From positions 1 through 64,000 of the IMG/VR virus record IMGVR_UViG_3300027963_003275: 64,000 nt of DNA; one strand, given 5' to 3'. The position numbers and the translations under genes were made by a program. This stretch comes from a virus (taxonomy: Duplodnaviria; Caudoviricetes). This document shows positions 19,525 to 28,810 of this stretch, piece by piece (position 1 is the first letter of the stretch; every line of letters begins with the position of its first letter). The notes beneath the pieces are model-generated. The model was not told where the DNA came from and made no database searches. It was given only the letters and a program-made list of their open reading frames with translations.

Positions 19525-19971
19525 ATGAGTTATGAAAACCCTTGGTTATATCAAGGAAAAGTTTTTGAGACAGAAGATATTCAAGAGAATTTTGGATTTG
19601 TTTATTTGATAAGTTGTGAAGAAACTCAAAGAAAATATTTGGGAAGAAAATACTTTTGGTCTTTTAGAACACCAAAAGGAAAGAAAAGAAAAGTAAAACA
19701 AGAAAGTGATTGGAAAAATTATTATGGTTCTTGTCCTGAATTAAAAGAAGATATAAAGAAATATGGAAAGGATAAGTTCCAAAGAACTATAGTGTCTCTT
19801 CATAAGACATTAGGTAAGACAAACTATGAAGAGACAAGGCAATTATTTTTAAATAACGTCCTGACGGAAGCACTTGACAGTGGAGTTCCTGCGTATTATA
19901 ATTCAAATGTCATGAATCGATATTTCAGGAAGGATTACTTTAATGCGACTTCATATCAAGAAAATCTGTAA
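19525..19971 (+). CDS. GIY-YIG endonuclease (T4 endonuclease II-like)
   Basis: GFVYLI...KYLGRK, YYGS, YEE, YYN.N. Confidence 0.8.
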   Translation: MSYENPWLYQGKVFETEDIQENFGFVYLISCEETQRKYLGRKYFWSFRTPKGKKRKVKQESDWKNYYGSCPELKEDIKKYGKDKFQRTIVSLHKTLGKTNYEETRQLFLNNVLTEALDSGVPAYYNSNVMNRYFRKDYFNATSYQENL

Positions 19972-20137
19972 TGATACGATACAACAACATATTGATCGTA
20001 TGCACGATTTGTGTGAAGAGGGTAGAGCAAGAGATGCGAAATGTATCTATGATGAGATCCGTGATTGGGTAATTCAAAAAGAAAACCTTGAAGTATTATC
20101 ACTTGATTATATCAGTGGAAAATTTTTAGATTTTTAA
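19943..20137 (+). CDS. Hypothetical protein
   Basis: Overlapping ORF in operon direction. Confidence 0.6.
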   Translation: MRLHIKKICNDTIQQHIDRMHDLCEEGRARDAKCIYDEIRDWVIQKENLEVLSLDYISGKFLDF

Positions 20138-20227
20138 TGATTTCTAAATACTCTGATATAATGCAAAAATCCATTTTTGGATTCCTATTATGAGTAGGTT
20201 TTAATATTATGAGAATTTGATTGTGAA

Positions 20228-20299
20228 AATTAGAGCCCAGGAAAGTGCCTCCCGAGAGGGTTGGTGTACCCCCTTTCTATTGGGATGTAGAGTTCAATT
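20228..20299 (+). ncRNA. Candidate structured 5' leader RNA (unclassified)
   Basis: GC-rich island with nested pairings GAGC/GTTC, CCAG/TTGG, GAAAG/CTTTC, TGCC/GGTG, CCC-GAGA-GGG. Confidence 0.5.
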
Positions 20300-20306
20300 A
20301 ATTTAA

Positions 20307-20945
20307 ATGCAAAATTTCTTTACAGTAACCTTGCCCCTTTTGGCAGCGGTTACGACCAATACGGCAACATTGCCTGGTTTATTTCCTCCTCCCCCATTGA
20401 GTGCCCCGCCACCATTTTCTGTGATTAAGGAGTTTGAGACCAAGACAACGACCAAAGAGGTTGTTCCCGAAAAACCAAAAGAGAAAAGGTTAATTTGTAA
20501 AGGGTGTTCAAATGTAGAGCAAAATGCTCTTGATTACTTCCAAGATATTGGAATCAAAGACAGAAACGCCCTTGCTACCATCATGGGCAACATTAAACAG
20601 GAATCAACATTCCAATCTAGTGTTTGTGAAGGTGGTAGTATAACGTCATACTATAATTGCTCAGGTGGTTATGGTTTGATTCAATGGACATCTGCGAATC
20701 GTTATTATGGATTGGGTGATTTTGCTAAGAAGTATGGTGGTTCTCCATCATCACTTCAAACGCAACTTCGTTATCTAACAAATGAAGTTCAGTGGAAGAG
20801 GATTGAGGAGAAGATGAAAACTCCCGGCAAATCAATTTACTCTTACATGGACTATGCGTACAGTTGGATTGGTTGGGGGCATCATGGTGCTCGCACATCT
20901 TATGCCTATGATTATGCATCTCGACTAGTTCAAGTAGAAGTCTAA
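20307..20945 (+). CDS. Phage tail-lysozyme-like cell wall hydrolase with N-terminal hydrophobic/Pro-rich leader
   Basis: ATIMGNIKQES, GYGLIQWT, QLRY motifs. Confidence 0.8.
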   Translation: MQNFFTVTLPLLAAVTTNTATLPGLFPPPPLSAPPPFSVIKEFETKTTTKEVVPEKPKEKRLICKGCSNVEQNALDYFQDIGIKDRNALATIMGNIKQESTFQSSVCEGGSITSYYNCSGGYGLIQWTSANRYYGLGDFAKKYGGSPSSLQTQLRYLTNEVQWKRIEEKMKTPGKSIYSYMDYAYSWIGWGHHGARTSYAYDYASRLVQVEV

Positions 20946-20978
20946 TATATAAGGGGAGTGTTACTGCTCTCCTTTCTT

Positions 20979-21389
20979 ATGTTTAAATTTGGAAAACAAA
21001 AACCAGATATAAAACAATATGCAATCATAGGAATTGTATTGAGTTCTATTATTGCAACACTTTCCCAATGTAGTGGTATTAAGCAAGATAGTATTTGGGA
21101 CTTACTTGACGAAGTTCAAAGAAGATATTTCCCACAAACTATTCTCAACGACTTTGTGATTAAAGATCCAGAGAAACTTGATAGAAGAATCAATCGTGAT
21201 GTTGATGCAGCAATCGCAGAGTATGAACGATTGACAGGAGATGATGGAAAGGTTAAAATACCTTCACCACGATACTCAGAGAAACCACAAGACGGGTCTT
21301 ATGCCCAATCAGTTCTTGGAGGTGAAATGAGATTGTGTGCTCCATGGGTTGATGACTGCCCAAAAGATGCGAAATTAATTCAGCGGTAG
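20979..21389 (+). CDS. Hypothetical membrane-anchored protein
   Basis: TM YAIIGIVLSSIIATLSQC; 3' end overlaps tRNA-Gly. Confidence 0.7.
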   Translation: MFKFGKQKPDIKQYAIIGIVLSSIIATLSQCSGIKQDSIWDLLDEVQRRYFPQTILNDFVIKDPEKLDRRINRDVDAAIAEYERLTGDDGKVKIPSPRYSEKPQDGSYAQSVLGGEMRLCAPWVDDCPKDAKLIQR

Positions 21390-21440
21390 AATGTCTGCCT
21401 TCCAAGCAGAACGTCAGGAGTTCGAATCTCCTATTTCGCT
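21369..21440 (+). tRNA. tRNA-Gly(TCC), CCA not encoded
   Basis: GCGAAAT/ATTTCGC acceptor, TCTGC-CTTCCAA-GCAGA anticodon arm, AGGAG-TTCGAAT-CTCCT T arm. Confidence 0.93.
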
Positions 21441-21477
21441 TTCCCAATTTTTTGGGAATACTAAATAATCCTCGTAG

Positions 21478-21495
21478 TTGTAAATCTTAATACAA
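21478..21495. promoter_or_regulatory. NtcA-box-like palindrome TTGTA-N8-TACAA
   Basis: GTA at 21480, TAC at 21491; lies between CTAAATA (21461) and ATG 21500. Confidence 0.55.
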
Positions 21496-21499
21496 TCTT

Positions 21500-22390
21500 A
21501 TGAATTTTAAATCATTTTTTGCTAGTGCCGTTGTTGTTTCTGCAATGACCGCTCCTGCTATGGCACAAGTCACCAGTGTTTCTCAACTGAGTGATGTGCA
21601 ACCTACTGACTGGTCTTATCAGGCAGTTTCAAATCTGGTATCGCGTTATGGATGTGTTGCTGGTTTCCCTAATGGAACTTTTCAACCAGGACAACCTGCC
21701 ACTCGTGCCCAACTTGCTGCACTGACTAGTGCTTGCCTGGATCGCATTAGTGAGTATCAGACTGCTGCTGATGCTGCTCTTGCTGCCGCGCTTCGTGCTC
21801 AATTCTCCAAAGAAATTGCTGCCACTAATACTCGTGTAACGACTCTGGAAGTTGCTTCTGCTCGTAAGGCACAAGGAGTTGGTCAGTATGTAGGTGTTGG
21901 CGTTCTGCTGAATAAGCAAGGAGTTGCTGGCGGTGGTAATGGTACTAATCAAACCATCTCCGGTGCTACTGTTCAGGCACGTCTTCCTGTTGCTACTGCT
22001 TGGGGAAATGAAGTTTCAATTCGCCCTTATGGCAACTTTGTTGGTAACCCTGCTGGACAGATTGGTGCTGCTGGTGGTGCTCTTGCTACTTATGATTATT
22101 CCGTTTCACGCAAGAATCTTGCAAATGGAACTAAAGTAAGTCGTGCAAACATCTATGGTGGTATTGGTGTTCAAACTCCTTTTGTGAATAACACCACTTC
22201 CAATTATCAATCTGCTGTTGGTTCTCAGACTCAAGTTGTTCTTGCTTTGGGTGTTGAAGGTCGTATTACTGATTCCTTGGTTGGTTTTGCAGATCTTAAG
22301 TTCCCCACTACCAATGCTGGTAACAGTTATGGTAGTTCAAACGGAACTTATAGTCCCGTGTTCACAACTGGTCTTGGTATCAAGTTCTGA
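21500..22390 (+). CDS. SLH-domain outer-membrane protein (short Som/porin-like)
   Basis: Signal peptide AMAQ; VSQLSDVQPTDWSYQA...RYGCVAGFPNGTF SLH; beta strands ending TGLGIKF. Confidence 0.85.
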   Translation: MNFKSFFASAVVVSAMTAPAMAQVTSVSQLSDVQPTDWSYQAVSNLVSRYGCVAGFPNGTFQPGQPATRAQLAALTSACLDRISEYQTAADAALAAALRAQFSKEIAATNTRVTTLEVASARKAQGVGQYVGVGVLLNKQGVAGGGNGTNQTISGATVQARLPVATAWGNEVSIRPYGNFVGNPAGQIGAAGGALATYDYSVSRKNLANGTKVSRANIYGGIGVQTPFVNNTTSNYQSAVGSQTQVVLALGVEGRITDSLVGFADLKFPTTNAGNSYGSSNGTYSPVFTTGLGIKF

Positions 22391-22416
22391 TAACCTTTAA
22401 GGTGTAAGTACCATTT

Positions 22417-22438
22417 ATCCCCCACAAGGGGGATTTTG
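22417..22438 (+). terminator. Rho-independent terminator
   Basis: ATCCCCC-acaa-GGGGGAT then TTT. Confidence 0.75.
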
Positions 22439-22473
22439 GTATTTGGTCATTTATAAATACTTCAAAAAGTATA

Positions 22474-22917
22474 ATGGAAACTTTATTCAAATCACTTAGT
22501 GATGCTCAGGCATCACTTTTTGTTTTATTTCAAAAAACTTGGATTTATCATTGGGATGTTGTTGGACCAGACTTTCATCAACTACACACTGTCTTTGGTG
22601 AACAATATAATGAAATGTTTGAAGAGATTGATACTCTCACAGAACATATGAGATATTTGGGAATGAAACCAGTCAGCACTCTCACAAGAATTACTGAAGT
22701 AACTCAAATTGAACAAGCATCAAATAGTGCCCAAGATATTGGTGCTATGGAAATGGTTAGGCAGTTGAGAGATGATAATAAAAAGATTGTAGAAATATTT
22801 ACAGAAATTTCAGAAGAAGCAGATAAACAAAAACAATATGCAACTTCAAATTTAGTTCAAACTATAATGGAAACGCACGGCAAATTCCATTGGATGTTGA
22901 GATCTTTTCTAGAATAA
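22474..22917 (+). CDS. dps: Dps ferritin-like DNA-protection protein
   Basis: HWDVVGPDFHQLH...EQY...ID.L.EH, HGKFHWML; TATAAATA at 22452. Confidence 0.9.
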   Translation: METLFKSLSDAQASLFVLFQKTWIYHWDVVGPDFHQLHTVFGEQYNEMFEEIDTLTEHMRYLGMKPVSTLTRITEVTQIEQASNSAQDIGAMEMVRQLRDDNKKIVEIFTEISEEADKQKQYATSNLVQTIMETHGKFHWMLRSFLE

Positions 22918-22968
22918 AAATTAATGGTATAATGTAAATACTTGACTAATTTAAAGGAATGATATAAA

Positions 22969-23223
22969 ATGTTAAAGGTCAGATGTAAAATGTGCAACAA
23001 AGAGTTGCACTCTCATCAAACACAGACTAAGTGTTGTGGATGTGATAATTTAACCACAGTAAAAGATGATAAAATTACTGCATTAGATTTAAGTTTGGTA
23101 GAGTTAATATCAAATCCAAATTTAAAAAATAATTCTTCTTCTCTTTTTACAAGAGAAGATCTTGCATATCAAGAAGCAAGAAGAAACCGTAAAGTTAGAA
23201 AAATGGAGTTTGAAATTAAATGA
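22969..23223 (+). CDS. Zn-ribbon hypothetical protein
   Basis: CKMC...CCGC. Confidence 0.75.
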   Translation: MLKVRCKMCNKELHSHQTQTKCCGCDNLTTVKDDKITALDLSLVELISNPNLKNNSSSLFTREDLAYQEARRNRKVRKMEFEIK

Positions 23224-23375
23224 GTTGGGAATCCCCAAACCTGTCTAAGGGTGATATTGAATTACTTACAATCGCATTGGATGAGTATCTTTATGCGTCA
23301 AATTTAGAAGTTCCAGATATGCCTAAAATGGAAAAACTATTACATAGATTGGAAGACCATTTGAATAAGTTTTAA
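23220..23375 (+). CDS. Small hypothetical protein (51 aa, MSWESPNLSK...)
   Basis: ATGA overlap with previous stop; read manually. Confidence 0.6.
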   Translation: MSWESPNLSKGDIELLTIALDEYLYASNLEVPDMPKMEKLLHRLEDHLNKF

Positions 23376-23390
23376 TTTTTTATAATTATA

Positions 23391-23419
23391 TTGACAGACC
23401 TTTCAATAACTGATATGAT
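23391..23419 (+). promoter_or_regulatory. Sigma70-type promoter
   Basis: TTGACA-17-TATGAT. Confidence 0.7.
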
Positions 23420-23431
23420 AATCTTATATTA

Positions 23432-23623
23432 ATGAAGCAAATGAAAAAGTTTACGGTAGAAGAATTCCAAGAAGACTTTGATAATCTAATAGAAAGAGTA
23501 GAAAATGGAGAGTCTTTTGTTATCACTAGCGAATACGGAGATGCTATGATGATTCCTTATGGTGAGTATAAAGAAGTTGACGACCTTATCCGAATACACA
23601 CGGATCACGAAGAGGGTTGTTGA
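23432..23623 (+). CDS. Phd/YefM-type antitoxin-like protein
   Basis: FTVEEFQEDFDNLIERVENGESFVIT...AMMIPY.EY fits the Phd DNA-binding fold pattern. Confidence 0.7.
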   Translation: MKQMKKFTVEEFQEDFDNLIERVENGESFVITSEYGDAMMIPYGEYKEVDDLIRIHTDHEEGC

Positions 23624-23629
23624 ATTTTT

Positions 23630-23701
23630 GGGAGTATAGCTTAATGGTCAGAGCGGCCTGCTTATAACGGGTTAGTCTGGGTTCAACTCCCAGTATTCCC
23701 A
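23630..23701 (+). tRNA. tRNA-Ile(TAT)
   Basis: GGGAGTA/TATTCCC acceptor, GCCTG-CTTATAA-CGGGT anticodon arm, CTGGG-TTCAACT-CCCAG T arm. Confidence 0.92.
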
Positions 23702-23702
23702 T

Positions 23703-23755
23703 AGTCACGGAGAGACTTTAAAAGTACTGGTGGAGTCAGTATTTAATACGACCCT
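23703..23755 (+). ncRNA. Possible partial manA/wcaG-type cyanophage RNA motif
   Basis: AGTC-acggaga-GACT hairpin, CTGGTGGAGTC...GACCC hairpin; sits between a tRNA and gmd, the known manA context. Confidence 0.4.
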
Positions 23756-23770
23756 ATGCTTACATACATT

Positions 23771-23808
23771 AAAGGAGAGTTGCATAAACTCTCCTTTTTT
23801 GATATAAT
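23771..23808 (+). terminator. Terminator hairpin overlapping a sigma70 promoter
   Basis: AAAGGAGAGTT-gcata-AACTCTCCTTT + T-run; TTGCAT(23780)-17-TATAAT(23803). Confidence 0.75.
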
Positions 23809-23828
23809 AGTACAAAATATTTTATTAT

Positions 23829-24830
23829 ATGAAAGTTGCTTTAATTACTGGTATTACAGGTCAAGATGGATCTTATCTTGCCGAACTGCTCCTAGAAAAA
23901 GGATATGAAGTTCATGGCATTATTCGTCGTTGTTCACTCATTAATACCCATCGTATTGATCATATTTACAATAAACTAAAGTTGCATTATGGTGATTTAA
24001 CTGATTCAACAAATCTTGTTAGAGTTATTCAGTTAGTTCAACCTGATGAGATTTATAATCTTGGTGCTCAAAGTCATGTAAAGGTTTCTTTTGATATGCC
24101 TGAATATACAGGACAAACAGATGCTCTTGGAACTCTTCGTGTTCTTGAAGCAGTTCGTTTGCTTGGAATGGAAGATAAGGTTCGTATCTATCAAGCATCT
24201 ACATCAGAGATGTTTGGTTTAGTGCAGGAAGTTCCACAAAAAGAAACTACACCATTTTACCCACGTAGTCCTTATGGATGTGCTAAGGTTTATGGGTATT
24301 GGATCACAAAGAACTATCGTGAGGCATATGGAATGTATGCTTGTACGGGTATTCTTTTCAATCACGAATCACCAAGACGAGGAGAAACTTTTGTGACCCG
24401 TAAGATTACTCAAGCATTTTCTCGTATTTCTGTTGGTATGCAAGATTGTTTACATCTTGGTAATCTTAATGCTAAAAGGGATTGGGGACATGCTAAGGAC
24501 TTTGTAGAAGCAATGTGGTTAATGCTTCAACAGGATGAACCTGATGATTTTGTAATTGCGACTGGAAAACAGTATTCAGTTAAAGAATTTGTAAATGCTG
24601 CTGGACCTTATTTTGGTCTTCATATTGAATGGGAAGGTGAAGGACTTGAAGAAGTTGGAGTTGAAAAATTTAGCAGAAAACCAGTTATTCGTGTGAATCC
24701 TAAATATTTTAGACCGACTGAAGTAGAGACTTTATTGGGTGATGCTTCTAAGGCAAAAGAAAAACTAGGTTGGGAACCTAAGATTTCTTTTGAACAATTA
24801 GTTGAGGATATGTGTATTCATGGACAGTGA
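23829..24830 (+). CDS. gmd: GDP-mannose 4,6-dehydratase
   Basis: [51 protein letters not shown]. Confidence 0.96.
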   Translation: MKVALITGITGQDGSYLAELLLEKGYEVHGIIRRCSLINTHRIDHIYNKLKLHYGDLTDSTNLVRVIQLVQPDEIYNLGAQSHVKVSFDMPEYTGQTDALGTLRVLEAVRLLGMEDKVRIYQASTSEMFGLVQEVPQKETTPFYPRSPYGCAKVYGYWITKNYREAYGMYACTGILFNHESPRRGETFVTRKITQAFSRISVGMQDCLHLGNLNAKRDWGHAKDFVEAMWLMLQQDEPDDFVIATGKQYSVKEFVNAAGPYFGLHIEWEGEGLEEVGVEKFSRKPVIRVNPKYFRPTEVETLLGDASKAKEKLGWEPKISFEQLVEDMCIHGQ

Positions 24831-25752
24831 TAGTAGGATTTTGGTTGCTGGTGCCAATGGGATGGTTGGTTCTGCAATTGTTAGAAACCTTGAGAGTAAA
24901 GGATATAAAAATATCATCAAAGGTACTCGTCAAGTTGTAGATTTTACAGATCGAGACGCAACTGATACTTTTTTTAGACTTAAAAAACCAGAATATGTTT
25001 TTATTGCTGCTGCCAAAGTTGGTGGCATTATGGCAAACAATAACTATAAGGCAGATTTCCTAACTGAAAATATTCGTATTCAAACAAATATTATTGAGTC
25101 TGCTAATCGTTGGAATGTAACTAAACTTCTGTTTCTTGGTTCTTCTTGCATTTATCCTAAGTTTGCAACACAACCAATTAGAGAAGATCAGTTAATGACT
25201 GGTGCTCTGGAACCAACTAATGATGCCTATGCAATTGCAAAGATTGCTGGAATTAAAATGTGTCAGGCATATCGTCAGCAGTACGGATTTAATGCCATCT
25301 CTTTGATGCCTACAAATCTTTATGGTCCTAATGACAATTTTGATTTGAAAACATCACATGTTCTTCCTGCGATGATTGCTAAGTTTCATAATGCTCTTAG
25401 TCATAGCAAACATTGGGAGGTTGAACTATGGGGAGATGGTTCTGCAATGCGGGAATTTCTTCATGTTGATGACCTTGCTGAAGCTTGCTATATTTGTATG
25501 CAAAAATATGATGAAGAAGGACATATCAATGTTGGAACTGGTGAAGATGTGACAATTAAGCAACTGGCAGAAACAATTGCCGATGTTGTTGGTTATGACC
25601 GATATATTAATTGGGATACAACAAAACCAAATGGAACTCCAAGAAAAGTTCTAAACGTGGATAAAATTAAATCTCTTGGTTGGGAACCTAAAATTGGTCT
25701 CCGTGAAGGTATTGAAAAAACTTATGAATGGTATCTCGAAAATGCCAATTAA
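24820..25752 (+). CDS. fcl: GDP-L-fucose synthase
   Basis: [42 protein letters not shown]. Confidence 0.95.
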   Translation: MDSDSRILVAGANGMVGSAIVRNLESKGYKNIIKGTRQVVDFTDRDATDTFFRLKKPEYVFIAAAKVGGIMANNNYKADFLTENIRIQTNIIESANRWNVTKLLFLGSSCIYPKFATQPIREDQLMTGALEPTNDAYAIAKIAGIKMCQAYRQQYGFNAISLMPTNLYGPNDNFDLKTSHVLPAMIAKFHNALSHSKHWEVELWGDGSAMREFLHVDDLAEACYICMQKYDEEGHINVGTGEDVTIKQLAETIADVVGYDRYINWDTTKPNGTPRKVLNVDKIKSLGWEPKIGLREGIEKTYEWYLENAN

Positions 25753-26542
25753 TAAATTTCCAAACATTTATTGTGCAAGTCTAAAAGAAAGCAAAGAACG
25801 ACAAGAAAACATAAAAAAACAATTTTTAGATAATGGTATTGAATCATTTCAATTTCTTTTATCTGAAAGATTTGAAAATACAAATGATGTAATAGAAGGA
25901 TTAAAAACTCATTATCTTGATGATGGGACAAAGGGAGCAATAACCTCACACCTTAGAATGATAAATTATTGGTATAATAATACTGATGAACCTCATGGTT
26001 TCTTTTGTGAAGATGATCTAAGTTTGGAAACTGTTCAATATTGGAATTTTACTTGGAATGAATTTATTGAAAATCTACCAAAAGATTGGGATTCCATTCA
26101 ATTGATGTGTGCAAGTGAAAATTCTGATGATGTGCGATTGAGAAGAAGAACTTGGGATGATTTTTCTGTTGGTGCTTACATTGTTTCAAGAAAGTTTGCA
26201 AAAGTTTTAATTGATACTTTTATAAAGGATGGTAAATTTTTATTGGAATTTCCAGGCAACCTTGATTGGGTTCCATTGGCAGAGCATTTAATTTATTACA
26301 CACCCAAAAGTGTTATAGATAGTCAAGACTTACAATATAATGTGTTTGTGCTTCCTTTATTCGTAGAAGAAATAAAATTCACTACTACATTTTTTGATAG
26401 AAAATCAAAATATTGGGGAGAAGATACAGGAGTTTATAAAGAAACACACAAAGGACATCATATTGATTCTTATCAAAAAGTTTTAAAATGGTGGAAAACA
26501 ATTGGTAGAACTTTAACTATTGAAAAAATTATGAACCTATGA
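25742..26542 (+). CDS. GT25-like glycosyltransferase
   Basis: ASL...ER, SHL, CEDDL, LPKDWDSIQL, GAYIVSR. Confidence 0.75.
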   Translation: MPINKFPNIYCASLKESKERQENIKKQFLDNGIESFQFLLSERFENTNDVIEGLKTHYLDDGTKGAITSHLRMINYWYNNTDEPHGFFCEDDLSLETVQYWNFTWNEFIENLPKDWDSIQLMCASENSDDVRLRRRTWDDFSVGAYIVSRKFAKVLIDTFIKDGKFLLEFPGNLDWVPLAEHLIYYTPKSVIDSQDLQYNVFVLPLFVEEIKFTTTFFDRKSKYWGEDTGVYKETHKGHHIDSYQKVLKWWKTIGRTLTIEKIMNL

Positions 26543-27204
26543 AATTTTTAACATTTTTAAATAGTGGATGTATAGACATCTGTAAAAACATGTTGATTTC
26601 TGCTGAGAAAGTGGGAATCAATATGGATGATTTTTATATTGCTTGTTTGGATGATAATTCTTATCAGCAACTTAAAGAATATAAAAATTGTTTTTTGTAT
26701 TTAAATCAATCTATTTTGGAGTATCAGGATTGGACATTTGACGAAAGTAGTGGATTTCGTCAAATTGTAAAAAATAAATGGCAAATTATTAAAAAAATAT
26801 ATCAAGAAAATAAAGAATTGTGTTGGGTTGATACTGATATTGTTTTTGTTAAAAATCCAATTGAATACTTAACAGGACATCAAGAAATTCTTTTTCAGGG
26901 AGATAGTCCTGGATCTACTTTGTGCTCAGGGTTTATGGTATTTAATCAGTCCAAAGAGTGTGAACAAATAGTAAGTGAATGTGCTTCTGCGATTGATGCC
27001 GATGATCAGTTAATTATAAATGAAATAATGATTAACAAATATCCAAATAATGCTGCAATTTTAAATCGTGATTTGTTTCCAAATGGTTATGCGTATTATA
27101 CTGAAGGTAAAAAGGAGAATGCGTTAATTGTTCATAATAATTGGATGGTAGGTGTAGAAGAAAAGACTAAAAGATTTAAGGAGGAAAAATTATGGTTCTT
27201 ATGA
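26539..27204 (+). CDS. Nucleotide-diphospho-sugar transferase (GT77-like)
   Basis: WVDTDIVFVKNP, CSGFM, DDQ, FPNG, HNNW...K..RFKE..LW. Confidence 0.8.
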   Translation: MKFLTFLNSGCIDICKNMLISAEKVGINMDDFYIACLDDNSYQQLKEYKNCFLYLNQSILEYQDWTFDESSGFRQIVKNKWQIIKKIYQENKELCWVDTDIVFVKNPIEYLTGHQEILFQGDSPGSTLCSGFMVFNQSKECEQIVSECASAIDADDQLIINEIMINKYPNNAAILNRDLFPNGYAYYTEGKKENALIVHNNWMVGVEEKTKRFKEEKLWFL

Positions 27205-28058
27205 ATAATGATGCGTTAAGACCTGCATCTATTTCCCCAACATATCCTCCATACCATACTGGAAAATATCTTGAGGAATATTTTTTCAAAAGATGGAATG
27301 AAGAAAATGTTCAAACAGATAGACAGTATATTGATGTCTTTTGGACGAATAATTTTTGCAATTCTATGTTTGCAGGACAGCAATACGAAAACGTTCAAGA
27401 GCAATTAGATTCTGTCCTTTCATCTAATGGAAAGTATTTTACAGTATCTCAATTTGATGATGGACCTTTTGAGAAATTTCCAGAAGACACTTTAATTTTT
27501 TCTGCTGGTGGAAATCGTGAAGGGGATAATATTATTCCTATTCCTTTGATTTGTGGTTCTATCCCAAAAGAATTAATTCCAAATAAAGAAAAAACTATTC
27601 TTGCTTCTTTTGTTGGTTCTAGAGATACTCATCCAATTCGTATGGATATGTGTAATCATTTGTCTGGAAAGGAAGGGTATGAGATTTCTGCTGGAAATTG
27701 GTCTACGACAGTCCCTATGGACAACTTTAAGAAGTTTCTGGACATAACCTGCTCTAGTAAATTTGGACTTGCTCCAAGAGGTTATGGGAAGAGTAGTTTT
27801 AGAATGTATGAAATTCTTCAATTAGGAACTGTCCCAGTTTATATTTCAGATGTTCATTATCTTCCTTGGACTGATGAATTGGATTGGAATGACTTTTGTG
27901 TTCCTGTAAATGAAGATGAGATTGAAGATATTGATACTATACTAAAATCAATAGATGATGTAGAATATAATAAGTTATTAGAAAATGGAAGAAAGGTATA
28001 TGAAGAGTATTTTGCTCTTGAAGGCATGTTTAAAAATATTGTGAAAAGAATTAAATGA
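27201..28058 (+). CDS. Exostosin-like (GT47) glycosyltransferase
   Basis: SKFGLAPRGYG.SSFRMYE...GTVPVYISD...LPW. Confidence 0.85.
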   Translation: MNNDALRPASISPTYPPYHTGKYLEEYFFKRWNEENVQTDRQYIDVFWTNNFCNSMFAGQQYENVQEQLDSVLSSNGKYFTVSQFDDGPFEKFPEDTLIFSAGGNREGDNIIPIPLICGSIPKELIPNKEKTILASFVGSRDTHPIRMDMCNHLSGKEGYEISAGNWSTTVPMDNFKKFLDITCSSKFGLAPRGYGKSSFRMYEILQLGTVPVYISDVHYLPWTDELDWNDFCVPVNEDEIEDIDTILKSIDDVEYNKLLENGRKVYEEYFALEGMFKNIVKRIK

Positions 28059-28810
28059 AAAAAATATTACTAGTTTTTGCTGATTATAAAGATCAAAGGC
28101 AAAATTTCTTTGATACTTACATGTCTCCAAGAAATCAAGAATATGCAGAAAAGCATGGATTTGAATATCTTGAATTGAAAGAAAATCTTTATAAGTATCG
28201 TGGAAGTTATACTTGGTTAAAATTTACTATTCTTGAGCAAATGCTTGAAGAGGGATACATTGAAGATGGAGATATAGTAACCCATATTGATGCTGATATG
28301 TGCGTTGCAAAAACAAATATTCCATACGAGACAACAAAATCTTTTTCATATTCTATTGATTCTGGAAATACTCATTGTATGGGATCTTTTTCTATTAAAA
28401 TTAATGAATGGTCTAGACAATTAATTTTAAATATTCTTTCAGAAGATAGATATAAAGCACTCAATGATGCTGTATCTAAACATGAAAGATTTGGATATGT
28501 GAATAGTTTTTGGCATGAATTTCGTGAACAAGCATCTTGGTATTCTCTTGCAGGAATTAAAAGACATTCTGATGAACCATTTTGGAATTTATCTGATTTT
28601 GGGTGGCATTCATCAAAAGATGAATGGACAATTTATTCTTTGGAAGAACTTTATGAACATGTTGAAGTTCTTCCGACTGCTTGGAATGTTACTGAACTTG
28701 AGGGAGAATCCTCTTGTGAGTTTTTAATAAATAAAATACCAAGAGATGATGTAATTATTCGTCATTTTGCTGGTGGTCAACAATGGAGAAAGGAGTGGTT
28801 TGAACAATGA
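28055..28810 (+). CDS. GT34/MNN10-like glycosyltransferase
   Basis: YAEKHGFEY, WLK, HIDAD, REQ, IRHFAG. Confidence 0.7.
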   Translation: MKKILLVFADYKDQRQNFFDTYMSPRNQEYAEKHGFEYLELKENLYKYRGSYTWLKFTILEQMLEEGYIEDGDIVTHIDADMCVAKTNIPYETTKSFSYSIDSGNTHCMGSFSIKINEWSRQLILNILSEDRYKALNDAVSKHERFGYVNSFWHEFREQASWYSLAGIKRHSDEPFWNLSDFGWHSSKDEWTIYSLEELYEHVEVLPTAWNVTELEGESSCEFLINKIPRDDVIIRHFAGGQQWRKEWFEQ

